Positions 60,114-64,000 of a stretch of 64,000 nt of DNA are shown here, in pieces. The stretch covers positions 17,656-81,655 of the forward strand of contig JBBRYB010000015.1 in NCBI GenBank assembly GCA_038238115.1. Reading direction: 5' to 3'. The number at the start of each line of letters is the position of its first letter. Position 1 is the first letter of the stretch. Below the pieces are notes generated by a model. The model made no database searches, was not told the origin of the DNA, and saw nothing but the letters and a program-made list of their open reading frames with translations. A program made the position numbers and the translations under genes. Source of the DNA: Propionibacteriales bacterium (GTDB lineage Bacteria; Actinomycetota; Actinomycetes; Propionibacteriales; Nocardioidaceae).

Positions 60114-60980
60114 TCAGAGAAAGTGACCAGAGGGCAGGTACGGCGTCGGGGCGGACATGGCGCGGAGCGCCAGGAAGCCCCGGTTGTGGAGTTCCAGACC
60201 CGCGGCCAGACCGACGTCGATGGCCCAGTCCTGTTCCTGCGTGACGTTGTGGAAGTCGACCTCGCCGCCGGGCTCGGACTCGCCCAGGGAGGCCCACATA
60301 AGGTCGACAGCTGTGTCGACGTCGGTTGCGGCCAACAGGTAGGGCCCCCCAGCACCGCGGAGGTAGACGTAGCCGCGGCCGCCGGATCCCTCGGCTATCA
60401 ACGCCTGGAACTCCGCCAGCATGATCTCGTGGTCGACTCCATGGCCGTGTCCCCGTGAACCCCTGTCGATGGCGTCCAGCAGCTCGATGTCGTCGACAGT
60501 GGCCGCGCGCAGGCGCCCCAGGGCCGGGATGGCCGTTCGACGTACCTGGCCCCACATCAGCATCGCCGGGTAGATGTCGAAGCCCGCCAGCCGGTACAGC
60601 CGGACAGCCCGCGGGTCGTGCGAGGCGCAGATGAATCCGGGCATCGATGGCGCGCCGTACCGCAGGGCGGCATCGAGCAGGGAGCGCCCCAGCCCGCGGA
60701 CCTGAAGGCTTGGTAGCACCGCGAACGACGACAGCCCCCACATGCCCTCGCGGATGAGGGCGGCGGCCACTCCGACCACGCGGTCCTCGTCGTCGGCAGC
60801 CACCCAGCAACCATCGGGGTCGTGTCTGACGAGGTGCTGGATACGTGCCTTCCAGGACTCGGCGCGCTGGGCTGGGCGAGGCTCAGGGGCCGGCCAGTCC
60901 GCCGGGCGGGTCGTGAGGTCGAGCGTATAGAAGGACTCGGCGGTGACTGCCTCCACAGCGGGTACGTCGGCTGTCGTCAT
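60114..60980 (-). CDS. GNAT-family N-acetyltransferase (two-lobed)
   Basis: Acetyl-CoA loop (VLPSLQVRGLGRSLL). ATG 60980 (MTTADVPAVE). The longer 409-aa ORF is rejected because it runs antisense into the glycerate kinase gene. Confidence 0.75.
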   Translation of the reverse strand: MTTADVPAVEAVTAESFYTLDLTTRPADWPAPEPRPAQRAESWKARIQHLVRHDPDGCWVAADDEDRVVGVAAALIREGMWGLSSFAVLPSLQVRGLGRSLLDAALRYGAPSMPGFICASHDPRAVRLYRLAGFDIYPAMLMWGQVRRTAIPALGRLRAATVDDIELLDAIDRGSRGHGHGVDHEIMLAEFQALIAEGSGGRGYVYLRGAGGPYLLAATDVDTAVDLMWASLGESEPGGEVDFHNVTQEQDWAIDVGLAAGLELHNRGFLALRAMSAPTPYLPSGHFL

Positions 60981-61031
60981 CGGTCGGATCAGCACGACGG
61001 CGAGCCTAGTCACAGGGTGCACGATGGGTGC

Positions 61032-62123
61032 ATGCGTGTACTCGTGTCTCCGGACTCGTTTGGAGGGACCCTGACCGCCGTCGAGGCGGCCGCCGCGATC
61101 GCGGCAGGATGGAGGCGTCACTCCCCAGGCGACGAGCTGGTTCTGGCGCCCATGTCGGACGGTGGGCCCGGCTTCGTCGACGCGCTCCACGCCTCGCTGG
61201 GTGGCGACCTGCTGGCCGTCACGGTTCTCGACCAGTACGGCGACGAGACACCGGCCGCCGTACTCAGGGTCGAGGAGACGGCGTACGTCGAGTGTGCCCA
61301 GGCATGTGGGCTGCACCTGTCGGACCGACGTGACCCCGAGCAAGCCACCAGCTACGGCGTGGGTCAGCTCGTCTCAGCGGCCATCGACGACGGAGCCCGG
61401 CGTGTCGTCGTCGGGCTCGGTGGCGCGGGCAGCAACGACGGCGGTGCTGGCTTCCTGGCCGCTCTGGGTGGCACCGCGGTGCCCGCCGGCGCACTCCTCG
61501 GCGGGCCGAGGGGGCTGGAACTGCTGACTGCGGTCGACGTGTCGGGGGCGCACGAACGCTGTAAGAGTATCGAGCTGGTGGCGGCCTCCGATGTCGACAA
61601 CCCGCTACTCGGGCTGCGCGGCTCAACAAACGTCTACGGCCCCCAGAAGGGCCTGCCGGAGGAAAGGACGCAGCACGTGGACGCACAGCTGGCACGGCTC
61701 GCCGAGCTCACCGACCGTGCGTGCGCCGACGTCAGGGGCGCCGGCGCCGCCGGAGGGCTGGGCTTCGCGATGTTCCTCACCGGAGCCGGCTGCGCCGGAG
61801 GTGTGGACCTGGTGGCCGATGCGGTCGCTCTGCCCAGCCTGGCCCGCAGCGCAGACCTGGTCGTCACCGGCGAGGGTGCCTTCGACTTCTCGTCGCGCTC
61901 CGGCAAGGTCTCGTACGGTGTCGCCGCGATCGCGGGCGCCGCCATCCGTCCCTGCATCGCCCTCGCGGGCCACGTGTTGGTCGGCTCGCGAGAGATGCGG
62001 ACGCTCGGGGTGGAGTCTGCGTACGCCGTCGTCGACCTGGTCGGTGAGCCTGCTGCCACGGCTGACCCGGCAGCGAGCCTCAGCAACCTCGCCGAACGGG
62101 TGGCCCGCACCTGGTCACGCTGA
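61032..62123 (+). CDS. glxK: glycerate kinase
   Basis: MRVLVSPDSFGGTLTA, PMSDGGPGF, and GEGAFDFSSRSGKV near the C-terminus. Confidence 0.85.
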   Translation: MRVLVSPDSFGGTLTAVEAAAAIAAGWRRHSPGDELVLAPMSDGGPGFVDALHASLGGDLLAVTVLDQYGDETPAAVLRVEETAYVECAQACGLHLSDRRDPEQATSYGVGQLVSAAIDDGARRVVVGLGGAGSNDGGAGFLAALGGTAVPAGALLGGPRGLELLTAVDVSGAHERCKSIELVAASDVDNPLLGLRGSTNVYGPQKGLPEERTQHVDAQLARLAELTDRACADVRGAGAAGGLGFAMFLTGAGCAGGVDLVADAVALPSLARSADLVVTGEGAFDFSSRSGKVSYGVAAIAGAAIRPCIALAGHVLVGSREMRTLGVESAYAVVDLVGEPAATADPAASLSNLAERVARTWSR

Positions 62124-62273
62124 GCCGTGATGCGAGAACGTCCACACGCCGCGCACAACGCTAACGTTCGTGGTCTGTCATGTGTCACGATGGGAATGCA
62201 CCTGGGGACGAGCAGGTTGTCCCCGCAGGCAAGGCGCACCCGCGCACACAGATCGACGGATGGAGCATCCGAT

Positions 62274-62645
62274 ATGACCGTTCAGGACGAAGCCACCACC
62301 AGTGCGGAGACGACCTCCGTCGATGGCGTCTTGCTGACCGACCACGCCGCCGGCAAGGTGAAGGCGCTGCTCGACCAGGAGGGCCGCACTGACCTGCAGC
62401 TTCGTGTCTCCGTGCAACCCGGCGGCTGCTCCGGTCTGCGCTACCAGCTCTTCTTCGACGAGCGCAACCTCGACGGTGACACCGTCCGTGACTTCAGCGG
62501 CGTGGCCGTGGTCGTCGACCGGATGAGCACGCCCTACCTGCACGGTGCGACCATCGACTTCGTCGACACCATTGAGAAGCAGGGCTTCACGATCGACAAC
62601 CCCAACGCCACGGGCTCCTGTGCGTGCGGTGACTCCTTCCACTGA
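62274..62645 (+). CDS. erpA: iron-sulfur cluster insertion protein (HesB/IscA/ErpA family)
   Basis: VQPGGCSGLRY and the C-terminal CACGDSF cluster-ligand motif. Confidence 0.9.
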   Translation: MTVQDEATTSAETTSVDGVLLTDHAAGKVKALLDQEGRTDLQLRVSVQPGGCSGLRYQLFFDERNLDGDTVRDFSGVAVVVDRMSTPYLHGATIDFVDTIEKQGFTIDNPNATGSCACGDSFH

Positions 62646-62697
62646 GGGCGATCGCCACAGAATCCCGAGCGGATACCCTGCATAACCCAGCCACGGG

Positions 62698-62735
62698 CAA
62701 CGCCCCGGACCGGGAACTCGCGCTCCGGGGCGTTG
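62698..62735 (+). terminator. GC-rich hairpin downstream of erpA
   Basis: A perfect 12-bp stem (caacgccccgga 62698-62709 pairs with tccggggcgttg 62724-62735) with a 14-nt loop, 53 nt after the erpA stop. There is no U tract. Confidence 0.45.
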
Positions 62736-62893
62736 TGCGGTCACTGTCAACTGAGCACTCACGAAGCGCCTCGCAGCAGCCACGAACCGCCGAAGCGGCG
62801 CCGGGTGGGGTGGCCGCTCACGGCGAGCACAGACCACGCTAGGTCGGATACTCGCGCCGCGACTAGGGGTACCCACCGGTAGTCTTCGCTGAC

Positions 62894-63877
62894 GTGCCTA
62901 TCGCCGTCACCGGGTCGGTTGCCACCGACCACCTGATGTCCTTCCCCGGCCTGTTCGCCGACTCCCTCGTCGTCGACCAGCTCGACAAGATCGCCCTGTC
63001 CTTCCTGGTCGACGACCTGGAGGTACGCCGCGGTGGCTGCGCCGCCAACATGGCGTTCGGGCTGGCCGCCCTCGGGGCGTCGCCAGTGCTCGTGGCCGCC
63101 GTCGGGGAGGACTTCGCCGACTACCGCTCCTGGCTCGAGCGCCACGGCGTCGACTGCGTCTCGCTGCACTACTCCGAGACCCGCCACACAGCGCGGTTCA
63201 TCTGTACGACGGACTCCTCACACGCCCAGATCGCCTCCTTCTACGCCGGCGCCATGTCCGAGGCCCGGCGGATCGAACTCAAGCCGATCGCGGACCGCGT
63301 CGGAGCCCTCGACCTCGTCATCGTCGCGCCCAACGACCCCGAGGCGATGCTTCGCCACACCAAGGAGTGCCAAGCTCGGGGCTACCCTTTCGCGGCCGAC
63401 CCTTCGCAGCAGCTCGCCTTCTCCGACGGCGACATGATCCGCCAGCTGATCGATCAGGCGACATACCTGCTCTCGAACGAGTACGAGGCCGCCTTGACGG
63501 AGAAGAAGACGGGCTGGAGCAGCGGGGAGATCCTGTCCCGCGTCGGGGCGAGGGTCGTGACGCTGGGCCGCCACGGTGTGCGGGTCGAGAGTGCCGACTT
63601 CGAGCCGATCACCGTCGACGCGGTCCCTGGCGTGACCGCCGTCGAGCCGACCGGCGTTGGGGACGCGTTTCGCTCCGGTTTTCTCGGGGCCGTGGTCGCG
63701 GGGTTGTCGCGCGGCTGTGCCGCACAGATCGGCTGTGTGCTCGCCGCGTACGTCGTCGAGCGGGTCGGGACCCAGGAGTACTCGTTCAGCGTCACCGAGT
63801 TCCTCGAGCGGCTGAGGGGGGCGTACGGCGAGGAGGCCGGCCAGGAAGCCGCGGGTTGGCTGAGCCCGGCCGGCTGA
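62894..63877 (+). CDS. adoK: adenosine kinase (PfkB family)
   Basis: Close to my recollection of Mtb AdoK Rv2202c: IAVTGSVATDHLMSFPG, LSFLVDDL, ASFYAGAMSEAR, FAADPSQQLA, PTGVGDAFRSGFL. Confidence 0.85.
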   Translation: MPIAVTGSVATDHLMSFPGLFADSLVVDQLDKIALSFLVDDLEVRRGGCAANMAFGLAALGASPVLVAAVGEDFADYRSWLERHGVDCVSLHYSETRHTARFICTTDSSHAQIASFYAGAMSEARRIELKPIADRVGALDLVIVAPNDPEAMLRHTKECQARGYPFAADPSQQLAFSDGDMIRQLIDQATYLLSNEYEAALTEKKTGWSSGEILSRVGARVVTLGRHGVRVESADFEPITVDAVPGVTAVEPTGVGDAFRSGFLGAVVAGLSRGCAAQIGCVLAAYVVERVGTQEYSFSVTEFLERLRGAYGEEAGQEAAGWLSPAG

Positions 63878-64000
63878 CTCCAACGAAGGCACGCTGGAGT
63901 AGGGTTTCTGCTGAACGATCGCATCAGGCACACCGACGAGGAAGGCGCCACGTGGGCCCCAATCTCACCGAGCGCACCACCGCTCGCCAGCGAGGGCGCA

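Noticed and set aside
63953-64000. GTG-initiated reading frame at the 3' edge of the window.
   Set aside because: Only 16 codons are visible, which is not enough to support a call.

Overview
High-GC (about 70 percent by eye, not computed) actinobacterial chromosomal segment, almost fully coding, with about 60 supportable genes. From memory, not from a search, the gene order resembles the conserved core block that in Mycobacterium tuberculosis runs roughly Rv2202c to Rv2230c. That block comprises Nif3 / COG1579 zinc-ribbon / RNase H-phosphatase, RNase P RNA, map, panB, nadE, glnA2-glnE-glnA, lipB-lipA-DUF4191, sucB and lpdA, pepA, gcvT, glycerate kinase, ErpA and adenosine kinase. Lon, murT-gatD, Dps and a PspA-HtpX envelope-stress module are also present. 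Accessory or unusual material sits inside this core. (1) A lower-GC islet lies directly 3' of rnpB (about 16.5-19.3 kb), carrying gene remnants and two secreted proteins. (2) Next to it is a five-gene operon whose four junctions all overlap by 4 nt: topoisomerase IB, PIG-L deacetylase, NodS-type methyltransferase, an acyl-CoA-dehydrogenase-like protein and a GT2 glycosyltransferase. This is my best candidate for an uncharacterised system. (3) A cyclopropane-fatty-acid-type module is split around lipB-lipA. (4) The glutamine synthetase cluster contains an extra class-I amidotransferase and a WhiB-like gene. (5) There are in-frame tandem repeats in glnE and in the sucB linker. (6) Three decayed genes are present: PNPOx, PIN and Excalibur. 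No CRISPR array, tRNA, rRNA, transposase or integrase was seen. All functional calls rest on motifs I recognise by eye. No database search was run.
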